Below are positions 12,901 through 25,963 of a stretch of 64,000 nt of DNA, piece after piece (the stretch's first letter is position 1; each line of letters opens with the position of its first letter). Origin of the DNA: Eledone cirrhosa (taxonomy: Eukaryota). The position numbers and the translations under genes were made by a program. The notes under the pieces were generated by a model. The model had not been told where the DNA came from. It saw only the letters and a list, made by a program, of their open reading frames with translations, and did no database searches. The stretch is taken from positions 194,370,001-194,434,000 of the forward strand of contig OZ024740.1 in assembly GCA_964016885.1 (NCBI GenBank). Reading direction: 5' to 3'.

Positions 12901-14108
12901 CATCCCTCCCTAGTCCTTCCACCCCAGTCCTCTTTCTTTGTCGTCGTCCTTTTCACTTTCTCGCCCACCCGAGGCAGCCCCTCGGTCCTTTGTAGCCTCA
13001 GTACCCCCACCGCCTTCCCCTATTCTATGATAGAATTGACTGACTCCGCTTTTTATAGCAGATGTGATAGACCCCGGATACTTGCCTTCTTATCCGATGG
13101 CTGCCTCTTCTCCGTGCTTTCCCCGTGCTTTCTTAGTGGTATCTTTGCTTTAATTTCTCGTATATCAGTATTTATTGGGTGGGGGGGGGGGTCTGTATTA
13201 ATTTTCCGTATCAAATTTTTCATATACTTCGTACGAGCATTTATGTAGTTTGCACTAGAATTTTTGTATCGTAGCGGCACCCTTAGAGATAGTATTAGTA
13301 TTCTTTTTCGGGATTCCGAATTATTATTTCGTATTAGTTTATTTTTGGCACTGGGTGGTTGCTGGCCTTGTGCCTAGGGTAGAAACCATTATTTCGTATT
13401 AGTCTCGGGACTCTGAATTATTATTTCGTGGTAGTTTCTTTAGTATTTTGGCCCCCCCACTTGTTGACCCGTCACTGTAAGATATACTCGGTTGATTACT
13501 AGTACCTCTTAAAAGGGTCTCATTATAATTCCGTCCCACCTAGTAAATCTTTCTTTACTCTAGCAGTACCAGTGAGAGACTTGATAGCTGTCCTTAGGTT
13601 ATAGTAACCAGAAAATGTTTTTTATATTTAATTGTTTTTTTAACATTCTCGGTATTTTTCTATATATTTACCCCATATTGTTTTGCTTATTGTTTCGAAT
13701 TCCTCCCCCTCCTCCTCCCTAGTATACTTCCTTGACCTCCTGCCCTGCTGTAGTTGGCACTATCAACGCACGACTGGGTTTCCTCCACCTCTCTCCCTCT
13801 TTCTTCTACTGGCAGGTTCAGCTACCCCTTCCTTCCACAAATTGCCATGATAGAATTATGTGTCTCAACAACAAACTTTTGACCAATCCTTGTGACAATC
13901 ACTTTTACCATATATGGAATTAGCTCCTGAGAAGCTCGGCTATTCATATACCAGGATACAAATGTTCATTTAGTCCATAATTAGCCGTCGAAACGGCTTG
14001 AGCTCAGCCGTCGGGGTCCTACTCGTTCTTATTACCCACTCTACAACCCTAAGTATTGAGTACTTTGGTGCGTTATGGTCCACCTGGTTCCTTACCACAT
14101 TTCCTTCG

Positions 14109-14110
<2 letters not shown>
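9913..14110 (+). mobile_element. PLE with very long inverted arms: left arm (minus) 9913-11504, right arm (plus) 11505-14110 including tail
   Basis: 9913-11504 is a near-identical reverse complement of about 12562-14030. RT and GIY-YIG ORF; (TA)n flanks. Confidence 0.95.
11505..12790 (+). pseudogene. PLE reverse transcriptase plus GIY-YIG (5'-truncated, frameshifted in the endonuclease)
   Basis: FDVSMGATDSAEVTDLIG...GLYRDDGL, VNFLDVTLDL, YIHRRSNHP, ITWFNPP, VIYQCKV...YIGLTACDFKTRLYQH. The C-terminus continues in a shifted frame and is complete in the left arm (11188-11490, minus). Confidence 0.95.
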
Positions 14111-14144
<34 letters not shown>

Positions 14145-14289
14145 GGTTTGATTAGGCATGCATGTATTTAAAATTGAGTGACACAACTTCAAGAGATTAG
14201 CAATTTTTCCACACCCTAATCAATGAAACAATTGTTAATACGGTGAATAACACCCTTTTGTACTGTTGAACATATTATTCTTCACTCTT

Positions 14290-14326
<37 letters not shown>

Positions 14327-14508
14327 GAACTGGACTCCGCCTGGCGGTGTTGCCCAAGGATTACCTGGTGACGAACGTTCCGGAATGACCTGATGGCAGC
14401 CAACATCACCTGGCACGGTCTCGAAAATGTTGCCGCTGATCGTGACCGTTTGGCGAGTGCTTACTGCTCGATGCGCCGAGCGGCGCGGAATAATCTAAGA
14501 TCTAAGAA
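14327..14508 (+). mobile_element. RTE-clade LINE 3' fragment with (TCTAAGA)n tail
   Basis: Translates with frameshifts to WTPPG...PRITW.RTFRNDL...ITW...VAADRDR.R. Confidence 0.6.
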
Positions 14509-14509
14509 T

Positions 14510-14765
14510 AGATATATGTGACTAACAAATAGTTTTATGGCTTTAAATGGCTGAATACAAGAAATGTAAATCTGTGTTTTTCGAATATTAATGATAATAT
14601 TCAATATTCGATCCGTTTGCAATTATGCAAACAGCCTCTTTACGACATGTGTTGGCATATAAAAAGAACGGCAGACACTAATGTTTCTGGGTGATTTCCC
14701 TTCATCAGTACCGTTTAGTGCTTAGCTGCCAACTGTCAGAGCTAGTAAAAATATATGATACTTTC
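14510..14765 (-). mobile_element. PLE terminal fragment, same family as 9465-9812 but without the SINE
   Basis: Reverse-complement homology including the hammerhead ctgatgaaggg..cccagaaacattagtgtc. Confidence 0.7.
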
Positions 14766-15529
14766 TGTCTGTGAGTCTGTATGTATGTGTATGAGTGTGT
14801 GTGTGCGATAAATTATTGTATGCGTGTAAATTATTGTACACTGATGTTTGTAAATATGAAAAGTTTTATTTGTATACTTGTCAAAAACACATTAGAAAAA
14901 GTATGAATGTTACTACCTCCCTTTTCTTCCTTATTTCTTTTACTTATAATCTCACGCAACGTGTTTGTAGTAAATAACACTTTGCTTATTGGTATGGCGG
15001 GAAGGAAAGAATAAACGATTTCACTTATATCGAATAAACGTATGTAGGAAAAGGTGTAATAGCACTTCACATATTTGTATTTTGAATACTCAAAGGCTGT
15101 GCATTTATGTAAGACGTCTTCGTGAAGTCTATTTTGAACTCTGATAGTTATTGTGATCGATTTTGTGGTTTTCTGGCTAATATAATCAATAAATTATTCC
15201 ATATCAGTTCAGCAGAATGAAAACAGAGTGTCACATGTATAAATCAATTGAAAGTTGAATGGTTGTATTTGATCTATCACTGTATAATATTGTCGTGATA
15301 CGGAAAGGAAGTACGAGATAGAAAGCTGTTGAACAACCATATAGTACAGAATGAAAGTAAAACTTGGTGAGATTTTACAATAGAAGATCCTTTCTTATGA
15401 AAAACTTAGCTGAATTAATATGAACTGATGTAACTGAGGTCAGTCGTCTGTATGTCTTTAATTCTTGAATATAATAATACAAAGGAATGTACAGGAAATA
15501 GACGTACCTTCATGTCCATATAAATATAT

Positions 15530-16112
15530 TTTGAGACTCGAAACCGATTCGGTAAAGGTAACCATAGTAAGTACAGTGAATTTTTTGAAATTTATTTTGA
15601 AACTTTTTCTTATTTGCTAAACCTTGATTATATATGTTCTGGCTCGTTAATTTATTAACCTGCCATTGAACCACATTGGCATATGGTTGGATAATACATG
15701 TGTCCCTATTCGTTTTTGCGTGTAGGGATATATACTTTATTATTATTAATCTCCCCCTGGTCGAGATGAAATTTGGTCGTTTTGACTACTGCTATTTATA
15801 GTGGTAGTAGATTGACCTCCCAGCCTCTGCCTTCTATCTTTACACACGGCACTGGACAGAATTGCTTCCATATCATTCATTCTCATCTCGGGAACAATTT
15901 TGAGTAGCGCCAGTTCGTAATTTTAACTCGGGAATTTTATATACTCCGAGGGAAATAAACCTTCTGACGTGAGTTTATCTTTTCAATGGAAGCCCGCAAG
16001 GACTATCTATTTATTTTTGAGACTCGAAATCGATTCGGCAAAGTTAACCATAGTAAGTACAGTGAATTTTTTGAAATTTATTTTGAAACTTTTTCTTATT
16101 TGCTAAACCTTG

Positions 16113-16117
<5 letters not shown>
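15530..16117 (+). mobile_element. PLE-like terminus in partial direct repeat (15530-15633 and 16016-16117) with degenerate hammerhead
   Basis: About 100 bp near-identical direct repeat; acctt-CUGACG(u)-gagttt...agactc-GAAA-(c/t)cgattcgg-(U/C)A-aag(g/t)t. Confidence 0.55.
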
Positions 16118-16531
<414 letters not shown>

Positions 16532-16622
16532 TCACTATTTAGGGTTTAAAATATATATAACTATAAAAGGTTTTAGTATATACATAACCATAAATAGTAT
16601 CCTTAATACTATATATATATAT

Positions 16623-16679
<57 letters not shown>

Positions 16680-16698
16680 TATAGATACATATATATAC

Positions 16699-16825
16699 AT
16701 GTTGATGCCCTAAGGACAGACACTGGTCTGTTGGAGATGCAGGACATGGCAGTGATAATGAGGGACAGAGACCGCTTGAGAGAACTCGTCCATGGATCTC
16801 GGGAATTTTACCCGCCTTGGATAGA
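16699..16825 (+). mobile_element. RTE-clade LINE 3' end
   Basis: Near-identical to 57117-57238. Confidence 0.75.
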
Positions 16826-16837
16826 TAGATATATATA

Positions 16838-17485
16838 GTAATAATAATAAATTTGAAGACTAAAATCCAATGAGGGCTCGATAAGGATAAATATATATCA
16901 AATATATAAGAACCGTAGAGCAAATATTTATTAAAATAACAGATTAAAGTTTAAGCAAAGAATCGCTGCTTTCACCCTTAACGGGATCTTCTGAAACTAA
17001 CAAAGTCAATCTGTAAACGCAGAAGTAGATATTTCAAAAAACGTTGCAACCGGAGGAAGACAGGAAGACGATACTTTGGTTCGTGGAAACGTTCCCTGGC
17101 AAAGAACGGGAAAAAACGAATATAAACGTCATTAATAGGAGCGGTGAAAAACAATTACGCGCAAAGACAGAACCACGTTATGGTATAAAAGAAGTCGTAG
17201 GCTAATGTTCTCTTAGGTGGTTCATAGAGACATTCTCTGGCAATGAACGGAAAAAACGAAGATAATACGCCATATGTGGAGCGTGGAGAACAATTGCACG
17301 CAAAGACGAAACCACGTAAATATTTGTAGACTAAAATTCTAACTAGGAAACCGAATGATTCTCCGCTTCAGAGTTAAGAATAAAGTAAATAAAATAAAAT
17401 ACAGAGGTAGTTGAAATTAAATAAATACATACACGCATCCAAATACGTACATACACAAGCATACGCGAAAACACTCACCATAGGT
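16838..17485 (-). mobile_element. PLE family A 3' fragment with hammerhead motif at 16939-17014
   Basis: Reverse complement of about 525-1182. Confidence 0.85.
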
Positions 17486-17487
17486 AT

Positions 17488-17909
17488 ATATTTGCCAGAA
17501 TTAATAACAGAATACACTCACTGTTTGGTTGGTTATCGCTTCAATAAACAGACTAAATAAAGAGGGCGTAGGCATACAATGCAACGGGAGGAAACATAAT
17601 AGCATCACTGACGATGTTGCAGATGTGCAACGAAAGAACTTTGATAGACTATATATATATGAGTTTGTGTCTATATTGTATCTGTATATTTGACCGTTGG
17701 TCAGTCAATGGTAACATTTATTGAGGACCGAATAAATTAAATTAACCGATATAAAAGACACAGAAGCGAAAACCAACCAAACAGTGAGTGTGTTCTGTTA
17801 TTAATTCTGGCAATATTATTACACAAATATGACCCTCCCCAAGTATAATAATATTTGTTTCGACACACGATTTCATATCAAAAACCTCGCAAAACTAATT
17901 CATCGCCGC
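17488..17909 (+). mobile_element. PLE terminus (family of 1590-3080) with short inverted arm (17488-17542), hammerhead and tail
   Basis: atca-CUGACGA-tgttgca(gatg)tgcaac-GAAA-gaac-UU-tgat at 17604-17645; tail matches 3038-3080. Confidence 0.85.
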
Positions 17910-18036
17910 TATATATATATGTATATACATATACACATATACATACACATATACACATATAAATATATATATATAAATAAATACACAAATACACACATAC
18001 ACACATACACACACATATATCCCAATATATATATAC

Positions 18037-18088
<52 letters not shown>

Positions 18089-18107
18089 ATACACACACAT
18101 ATATATA

Positions 18108-18318
18108 TGTGACTGAGTGGTAAGAGAATTGAACTCAAAATCGTGAGGTTGTGAGTTCGATTCCTGGACCGCGCGATGCGTTATGTCCTTCGGCAAGACA
18201 CTTTATATCACGTTGCTCCTTCTACCTGGAGTTGCGACCGATAGATAGTATTAGTAATTGGAAAAAGCAATGGAAACATTGTTTACTCGGTCCGATTTGA
18301 CGAAAGTCAATCGACTGT
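18108..18318 (+). mobile_element. tRNA-derived SINE (CORE-like family)
   Basis: gactgagtggtaaga A box and gagttcgattcc B box; homologous to 16167-16385. Confidence 0.8.
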
Positions 18319-18330
18319 TATATATCATTA

Positions 18331-19156
18331 TCTATAAAAGGCAGATTGTTGTTGTTGTGTGTGTGCATGTTCCATGTTTATAATCGATAAAACTAAATAC
18401 ATGACGCTTTATCCCTCTAATAGAATCTGATTACCTCTCTCTACTCCCCTTAAACTTTAAGAGAGAGAGAACGTTTGTTTTTGAATGTGGAACGGTCAAA
18501 TATTTATTTACTTCAATGACAAAGAGAACTTATTACATTTCATAGGAAATAGCAATTATTCAAAAGCAACAGATAAATTTATTCAACAACAAAAAAAATA
18601 GCTATAAATCTTTTTTAAAACATCTATCAACGAACGCGGAAGAAAGAAGTATCAGTTCATTTACTATACACAATAATATCCTCTATGAGGTTACTAAACC
18701 AGCTAGAAACAGCAGCTAACTCTCCCCCATATCACACCACTCCCTACTGTCTTAAATTTAGAAAACATATCCTCTATGAGGTAACTAAACCTGCTAGAAA
18801 CAGCAGCTAACTCTCCCCCATATCACACCCCTCCCTACTGTTTTAAATTTAGAAAACACACATTAGACAACCATGCAGAACAACTCCATCGCAGCTCTGT
18901 TGTTCGGCTGGCATCGTCTACGCGCGTGTTGCGTAAGTACTGTGAAACACTAAATTTCAACACTTCTTTGCACATAGATAATATTCATAGGCGAAACTAC
19001 AATTGTCACTGCTGGCGCAGCTCCTGCTTCGACAGTCCAGGTCTGCAATTCATTCACCCAGTGCCTGGCAGACAAAAAAGTGCTGCCATAAAATGGGTGA
19101 TGCAACCTAAGTTTAGTAACTTACTGACCCCGAGCAACGCCGGGATTTAATGCTAG
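18331..19156 (+). mobile_element. Non-autonomous Helitron
   Basis: Starts with TC after an A and ends with hairpin cccg-agcaacgc-cggg, 8 nt, then CTAG before a T. Contains an internal tandem duplication of about 91 bp (18677-18858). The 5' boundary is less certain. Confidence 0.6.
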
Positions 19157-19989
19157 TATATATATATATATATTTATTTTCTACTCTATCTTCCCCAATT
19201 ATCCCTTTAAGAAATACAAAGAAACCATAATTCAGCCATTCGTTCTGAAGAATTGTTGGTATGCACAGCATTTGAAAAATTAAGAATCTACAAATTAATA
19301 ACTACCAATTTTCATATAGCATGACTAGGCTGTGTAACTACTAAAGAAACATTTGTAAACACTTGGAATAAATTACCTGTTTATGATGTCTACCTGTTTT
19401 ATTAATCATTCTTTATCTACACTCCAGAATATAGAAGTATCGGAAACCAAGTTTCTTTAACTGTTCTTTTGTAACTCGTTGAGTAACCCCTCACCGTACG
19501 TCGACTCTATCTAGTGTAGTAATTAACCATTACTGCATTCAGAATAATCCTAAGCATTTCTTGCATAACCTAATATATATATATATAAATAGAAACATCA
19601 GTGATGCATCTGGACTTAATTTATTGCGTGTTACAATTGTTTCGCCGGCAGGTAGCTCGAGATATGGTCCCTGTATGGATCTGGCTGATTCTACGGCTGC
19701 AGGTTCTTTTAGACACGGGTGAAGATGGCGCGGGGAAGTTGGCTGTGACACGCGGTGAAGATGGCGCTCACTGGCCGTCAACCGCGGCGACAGAGTGACC
19801 GTATTTCGGAGCGCGGAGAACCACCCAAGGACCTGCCCTCAAATGACAACCCGGCCCTCGAGGCGACCAGAGCGCCCGCTGAGGGTGATGTGGTCCAGCA
19901 CCGAGAGAGAAATAGTGGCATGGGGAGACAACAGTGTCGGCGGTACAACATTCTGAGAAACTTGAATGGGCCATAACAGATCGAGGCCC

Positions 19990-20440
19990 GGACATCGGAT
20001 TCATAAGAACTGACAGCAGAACTTGTAACTGCAGAGCGGGCACCCGGTGCCCCCTACAGGGAAAATGCTTGATGAAGAACTTAATATACAAGTGTGTGGT
20101 TACAACCCAAAACGCCCATCGCACCTACATTGACGCAACATCCACGACCATTAAATCCCGGATGTATAATCACACGAATTCCTTCAGGAACCCTAGCAAA
20201 AGTCATTCCACTAGGTGAGCGGACCTGGTGTGGGACCTGAAAGACCAAGGCATTCCGTACGCTCTGGAATGGAGTATCGTTCGCCACGCGAGGGCATATT
20301 CGGCCGGAAGTAGAAACTGCCGATTGTGCCCACACGAGGCCTTGGAGATGATCAGACTGAAAATGACGCCGTCAACCTGAAGTCTGAAATTATCATCAGC
20401 TGCAGACACCAGAGAAGATGCACATTTACTGCATGGAATC
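19990..20440 (+). pseudogene. PLE GIY-YIG endonuclease remnant
   Basis: CNCRAGTRCPLQGKCLMKNLIYKCVV...YIDATSTTIKSRMYNHTNSF, continuing after disruptions as VWDLKDQG...VNLKSEIIISCRH. Confidence 0.85.
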
Positions 20441-21105
20441 CTCCGGGTGGCGCAGGCCGGCGGCATGGGAACGGGTACGCAAAGACTCGATTGGCCCAAC
20501 GGGATTTGAGGACTTGACGCCATGCCCTGATGACGGTGTGCGACCCCTGAGGCAAACATATGTAAACCAGGGGCGCACCTGACCGAGCACACAACATTTT
20601 TATGTGTATGTATGTATATATATATATATATACGCGGGTGTTTATGGGGGTGTTTACATGGGCATAGGTGCGTGTATGCATGAGCTTATGAGCGCGTGTA
20701 TGTGAAGACATGTGCATGTATGTAAGTATGTGGCAGAGTGTGTGTGTGTGTATGTATGTATATATATACATGTGTGTATATATATATATATATGTATATG
20801 TATATATGTGTGCGTATGTACGTATAGCTACTTATGAGTAGGTGTGTGTATGTGGGTGCATAAGTGTGTATATATATGTATATATATGTATATATATATG
20901 TGTGGGTGCGGGTGTATGCATGTGTGGGCCTCTATATATATGTGTATGTGTATTTGTGCATGTATGTGTTTATGTGCATCTCACAGAAATGTGTACAGAT
21001 GATTATATATGGAGTATATATGCATTTTATTACTATTATTCTTTTTGTATTACTTTATCATATATCCTTTGTATATATCCGTATATGTGTGTATGAATGT
21101 GTGTA

Positions 21106-21152
<47 letters not shown>

Positions 21153-21448
21153 TATTGTATACTATATTGATATTTTATACTTTATATTTTATATTTTATA
21201 CTTTATATTTTATATTTATACCGTTATGTTATGGTATATTGTGTTTTTTATTATATAATGTACTTTTAATTTACGGTTTTGTTTATATATGTATATGTAG
21301 AAGCACATGTGTGTGTAAGCAAATATGCATATGTGCAGGTGTCTGCATGTGGCAGCCCGTGTGCGTATACATATGTAGATGTATATATGTCTGCATGTGT
21401 ATATGTATGTATATGTGTGGGTGTGCGTATGCATGTAGGGTTTTCTTC

Positions 21449-21483
<35 letters not shown>

Positions 21484-21569
21484 ATGTATGTGTGTATGTA
21501 ATTTTGTGTAAGTATGTGTATATTGTATGTATGTGTGTGCATATGTTGGTATATATATGTGTATATATG

Positions 21570-21620
<51 letters not shown>

Positions 21621-22204
21621 GTATGTATGTGTGTATGTATATATGTATGTGTATGAGTGTGTATATATATAAATGTATATAAGGTTGTGCGTATGTATGT
21701 GTGCGCGCGTATGTGTATGTATATGTGTATGTTTGCGTAGGCCATGCTTGTCCGACCGGATATATGGCGCGACTTAAGCAGCCGTTATAAGGCTTGTGGC
21801 GATATGTATCTAGAATTGGGTGTGACTGGGTCCGTGGAAGTGAGGGGGAGTGTGTGTGTGTATATATACATATATGTATGTATGTGGGGATGCGGTGTCT
21901 ACGCATGTATGCATACGTGTGTATATGCACAAATGTGTCTGGATCTGCATGTGTGTGTATATTCGTATGTGTGAGTGCTTACTCTGGAATGTGAACAGAC
22001 GTGTGAGATACTGAACCCAACATGCCATTGAAGTGTGTCGGGCGGAAATTGGATGATGACTCGTGTAGCAGTAAATAATGACCAGAACTTGTGACGACGT
22101 GGAGTAAAAACAGCCAATTGCATGACAAGAGTGGAAGAGGGTTTTTTTAGGGTGTTTTTTTATGATGACACCCTAGTGATAAAATTTGCTCCGAACGAAC
22201 TACC

Positions 22205-22295
22205 CGTGTCTGAAAGAACCTGCAGCCGCAGAATCAGCCAGATCCATACAAGGACCATGTCTCGAGCTACCTGCCAGCGAAACAATTGTAACACG
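22205..22295 (+). ncRNA. Hammerhead-like motif with enlarged helix II
   Basis: cgtgt-CUGAAAGA-(about 60 nt)-GAAA-caattg-UA-acacg. Confidence 0.55.
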
Positions 22296-22420
22296 CAATA
22301 AAGTCCAGATGCATCAATGATTTTTCGTTTTCTTTATACTATCTACACTCTACTCTGCTGAATATCGAGTGCTAATTTTGGCATACCGCCTATGGAAGCA
22401 CCATAGCTACCATTATACAC

Positions 22421-22493
<73 letters not shown>

Positions 22494-22552
22494 TATACAT
22501 GCATACATATATATATATTTTTGCTCAGAACACTCAATAACACCATAAGTAT

Positions 22553-22652
22553 TACATGTGTAAAGTTTGAAAATAATCGGTTGGGTGGTTCTCGAGTTTT
22601 AGTGATCGTACAGACAGACAGACAGACAAACAGACATTCTCTATTTTAGTAA
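22553..22652 (+). mobile_element. DINE-1/Helentron-associated (HINE-like) end fragment
   Basis: catgtgtaaagtttgaaaataatcgg...(GACA)n...ctattttagtaatata resembles the typical HINE end. Confidence 0.5.
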
Positions 22653-23397
22653 TATATATATATATATACCATTCATATATATATATACCATTCATGTTTT
22701 GTGGTTTACCAATGGAGATGATTCGCCGCAAAATATACATTGAATTCGTGGGCTATCACCACATTATGTATATTCTCTATTCACTTGTGCTTGCCGTAAT
22801 TCCTTGATCAAATCCCTGGGTATTGCTTTTACTCATTTTCAGATGAGTGTACTGAAACAACGAGAAGTGAAATGTTTTCCTCAAGAACGCATCACACAAC
22901 CCAATCTATGAATTGAACCCACGTCATAAATTCAACACCCTAATCATAAGGCAAAGCGGCAAGTCAAAGATATATCATAGAAACCATTTCGTTGCTAGAT
23001 AGCATGCTGAACAACGTGTTGCATCACTGAATTAATATATGAATATGTTCACTTAAGGGGACAAGCTGGAGAAATATCATACATCCTATGCCATTGGTAG
23101 ACCACATGGAGAACAGCGTGTTGCATCGATGAATATCTCCCTATTAAAGTATTAGGACAATACGACGGACGTATATTGACGCGGGAAATAGCAGCCAAAT
23201 CAGCTCTAAATCAGCTCAACAATGATGGAGCAGTCAATATTATATATATATAAAATAGTTTAGACACGTTGATAACACAACCATATAAGGCATAGAATAA
23301 TTTAAAGCTCAAACAAGATGGGTAAATGACAGTTCAGAGTTTAATTCAATCAGTAAATGTCCAATCACAGAAGTTTTACAGTATCACAGAACATAAA

Positions 23398-23593
23398 GAA
23401 TAAAATAACCAGTATAAAATGATATTAAACTCTATATTAATTGACGAACGTTTCTATCAATTCAGCAAGGTTTTCCGTCATTCTCCCCTGTACTGATTAC
23501 CTCAGATAAATGATGGAGCATCTTGCTGTATTGATAGAAAAGTTCGTCAATGAATTAAATAGTTTAATGTAATTTAATCCTGGATACTTTATT

Positions 23594-23597
<4 letters not shown>
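23398..23597. repeat. Old degenerate inverted repeat next to (TA)n
   Basis: attgacgaacgtttctatcaattcagcaag pairs with cttgctgtattgatagaaaagttcgtcaat. Confidence 0.55.
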
Positions 23598-23648
<51 letters not shown>

Positions 23649-23711
23649 GCCAGTTACTACAACAGCTCGAAACCAGTTACAGATGCTACGTATATATATA
23701 TATGTATATAT

Positions 23712-24086
23712 ATACGATATTAATAAATGGAAACTATATTTATAAAACCATATTTATTTCATTATACATATTTCAGGGATACCAAATTAAATTATGGTAT
23801 GCCTTCATCAGACAAAATCCGGATGGCTTCCAAAAATAATGGTTGCATTTTAAAGCGTACGTCAAAGCTTATTTGTAAAACTGTTATATATTGTATTTTG
23901 TCTGATGAAGGCATACCATAATTTAATTTGGTATCCCTGAAATATGTATAATGAAATAAATATGATTTTATAAATATAGTTTCCATTTATTAATATCGTA
24001 TATCTACTCCAAATACTTGTCGAGTGCTTTATATCAGTTATAAAAATATTTACTTGTTGTATCCCAACAATTGTAAATAGAACTTT

Positions 24087-24090
<4 letters not shown>
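23712..24090. mobile_element. PLE family B fold-back insertion with tail
   Basis: 23712-23818 is the reverse complement of 23895-24002; tail at 24003-24090; hammerhead in both arms. Confidence 0.9.
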
Positions 24091-24165
<75 letters not shown>

Positions 24166-24168
<3 letters not shown>

Positions 24169-25026
24169 AGACCTTACGCTATTGTTTTAGAGTAGTGACA
24201 GTCTCACTTACTTTAAATTTTCTGCAAACAGGGGAGATAAAGCTGACAGAGCACTGTTTCGTACTGATTGGTACTTATCAAAGCCAAGTATTCCACGTGT
24301 TTGCTGAAAATCATGAATGTTTGATTCTTATAGAATTCTAGTAATAATCAGGAACTGATTATACAGAGCGGTTGCCGGTCAGGCAGAAATTGATATTTAG
24401 AATTGGTGCTCTGAAATAGCGATATATATATGAATGTATATATAGTATATAGTATATACCGCTCTGTATAATCAGTTCCTGATTATTAGTAGAATTCTAT
24501 AAGAATCAAACATTCATGATTTTCAGCAAATAGGTGGAGTACTTGGCTTTGATAAGTACCAATCAGTACGAAACAGAGCTCTGTAAGCTTTATCTCCCCT
24601 GTTTGCTGAAAATTTAAAATAAGTGAGACTGTCACTACACTAAAACAATAGCGTAAGGTCTTCGAAATGCTGTTAATTACGCATACAGTGTATTGCAAAA
24701 TACACTATATATACATTCATATATATATCGCTATTTCAGAGCACCAATTCTAATTTTCAATTTCTGCCTGACCGGCAACCAATCTGTATAATCAGTTCCT
24801 GATTATTACTAGAATTCTATAACAATCAAACATCCATGATTTTCAGCAAACAGGTGGAGTACTTGGCTTTGATAAGTACCCATCAGTACGAAACAGCTTT
24901 ATCTCCCCTGTTTTCTGAAAATTTAAAGTAAGTGAGACTGTCACTACTCTAAAACAATAGTGTAAGGTCCTCGAAATGATTTTAATTAAGCATACAGTGT
25001 ATTGCAAAATACACTATATATACATT

Positions 25027-25030
<4 letters not shown>
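24166..25030 (+). mobile_element. Retrozyme-like non-coding element: 320 bp head-to-tail units plus an inverted arm
   Basis: Period of 320 (24461 vs 24781); 24166-24447 is an inverted copy; each unit has a hammerhead; no meaningful ORF. Confidence 0.8.
24523..24611 (+). ncRNA. Type I hammerhead ribozyme, U3-A8 core variant with extended helix I
   Basis: gct-UUGAUAA-gtac(caatca)gtac-GAAA-cag(agct)ctg-UA-agc; outer helix tcagcaaa.agg..gag with ctcccctgtttgctga. Confidence 0.8.
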
Positions 25031-25070
<40 letters not shown>

Positions 25071-25074
<4 letters not shown>

Positions 25075-25963
25075 AAGAATTTGTATATCTACCAACATAT
25101 ATATACAGATGCATACCTATGCTAGCAAATATATCAGTTTTGTCTTAGTAACGTTGTGGTTCAATGCAAGGGGATGCAGAACAATTATATGAAAGACACA
25201 AAATAAGAAAATTATAAAAATTAACTTACTTACTAAAATTTCACTCCAACTAATTAGTCTCTGAAAGGGAATAAACATGGTTTCTAAATGGAAAGCATGG
25301 AGAAGCCGTTTCGTCATCAGGAAGTCTCAGCTAAGTTACCAGGCGATGCGTGGACACAGGGAACTTATACAAAAATAATTCAGTGGATGGAAAAAAGCAA
25401 GCGTGGACTAAATTCCAAGACACTGATAATATTCTTATTTTACGTCTTTCATATAATTGTTCTGCATCCCCTTGCTATAACCACAAAATTACTAAGACAA
25501 AACCGATATATTTGCTAGCCTAGGTATGCATCTGTATATATATGTTGGTAGATATACTAATTCTTTATAATTATCTCCAAATTATTTTGTTGAGCAAAAA
25601 TTTGGCAAAACTGCTACTATAGTTAATAGTAATGGCTCGGCTACTGTCTTTTTAACACCCCACTCCTCACAGATTAACCTCGATGTCACGTGATTGATTC
25701 CTTTGAATTTGCCACCGACCAAGTAGGCAGTGATTTTTTCAATGGTTTGGAATTTAGTCCACGCTTGCTTTTTTCCATCCACTGAATTATTTTTGTTGTC
25801 AACGCATCACCTGGTAACTTAGCTGAGAACAGACTTCCTGATGACGAAACGGCTTCTCCATGCTTTCCATTTGGAAACCATGTTTATTCCCTTTCAGAAA
25901 CTAATTAGTTGGAGTGAAAATTTAGTAAGTAAGTTAAATTTTATAATTTTCTTATTTTACGTC

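Larger units (their letters stand above)
19591..22423 (+). mobile_element. 5'-truncated PLE with inverted terminal arm (19591-19720), microsatellite-rich 3' UTR, hammerhead and tail
   Basis: 19591-19720 is the reverse complement of 22202-22325; GIY-YIG remnant; (TA)n flanks. Confidence 0.9.

Noticed and set aside
9913-14110. DNA transposon or MITE interpretation of the terminal inverted repeats
   Set aside because: The arms are unequal copies of retroelement 3' ends with RT/GIY-YIG sequence and variable internal junctions; there is no transposase.
20524-20575. CUGAUGA...CAAACAUAUGUA second hammerhead in a PLE 3' UTR
   Set aside because: GAAA is absent and helix II pairs poorly.
24166-25030. 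CRISPR-like or prokaryotic repeat arrays
   Set aside because: No short repeat-unique spacer periodicity and no cas genes; the context is eukaryotic.
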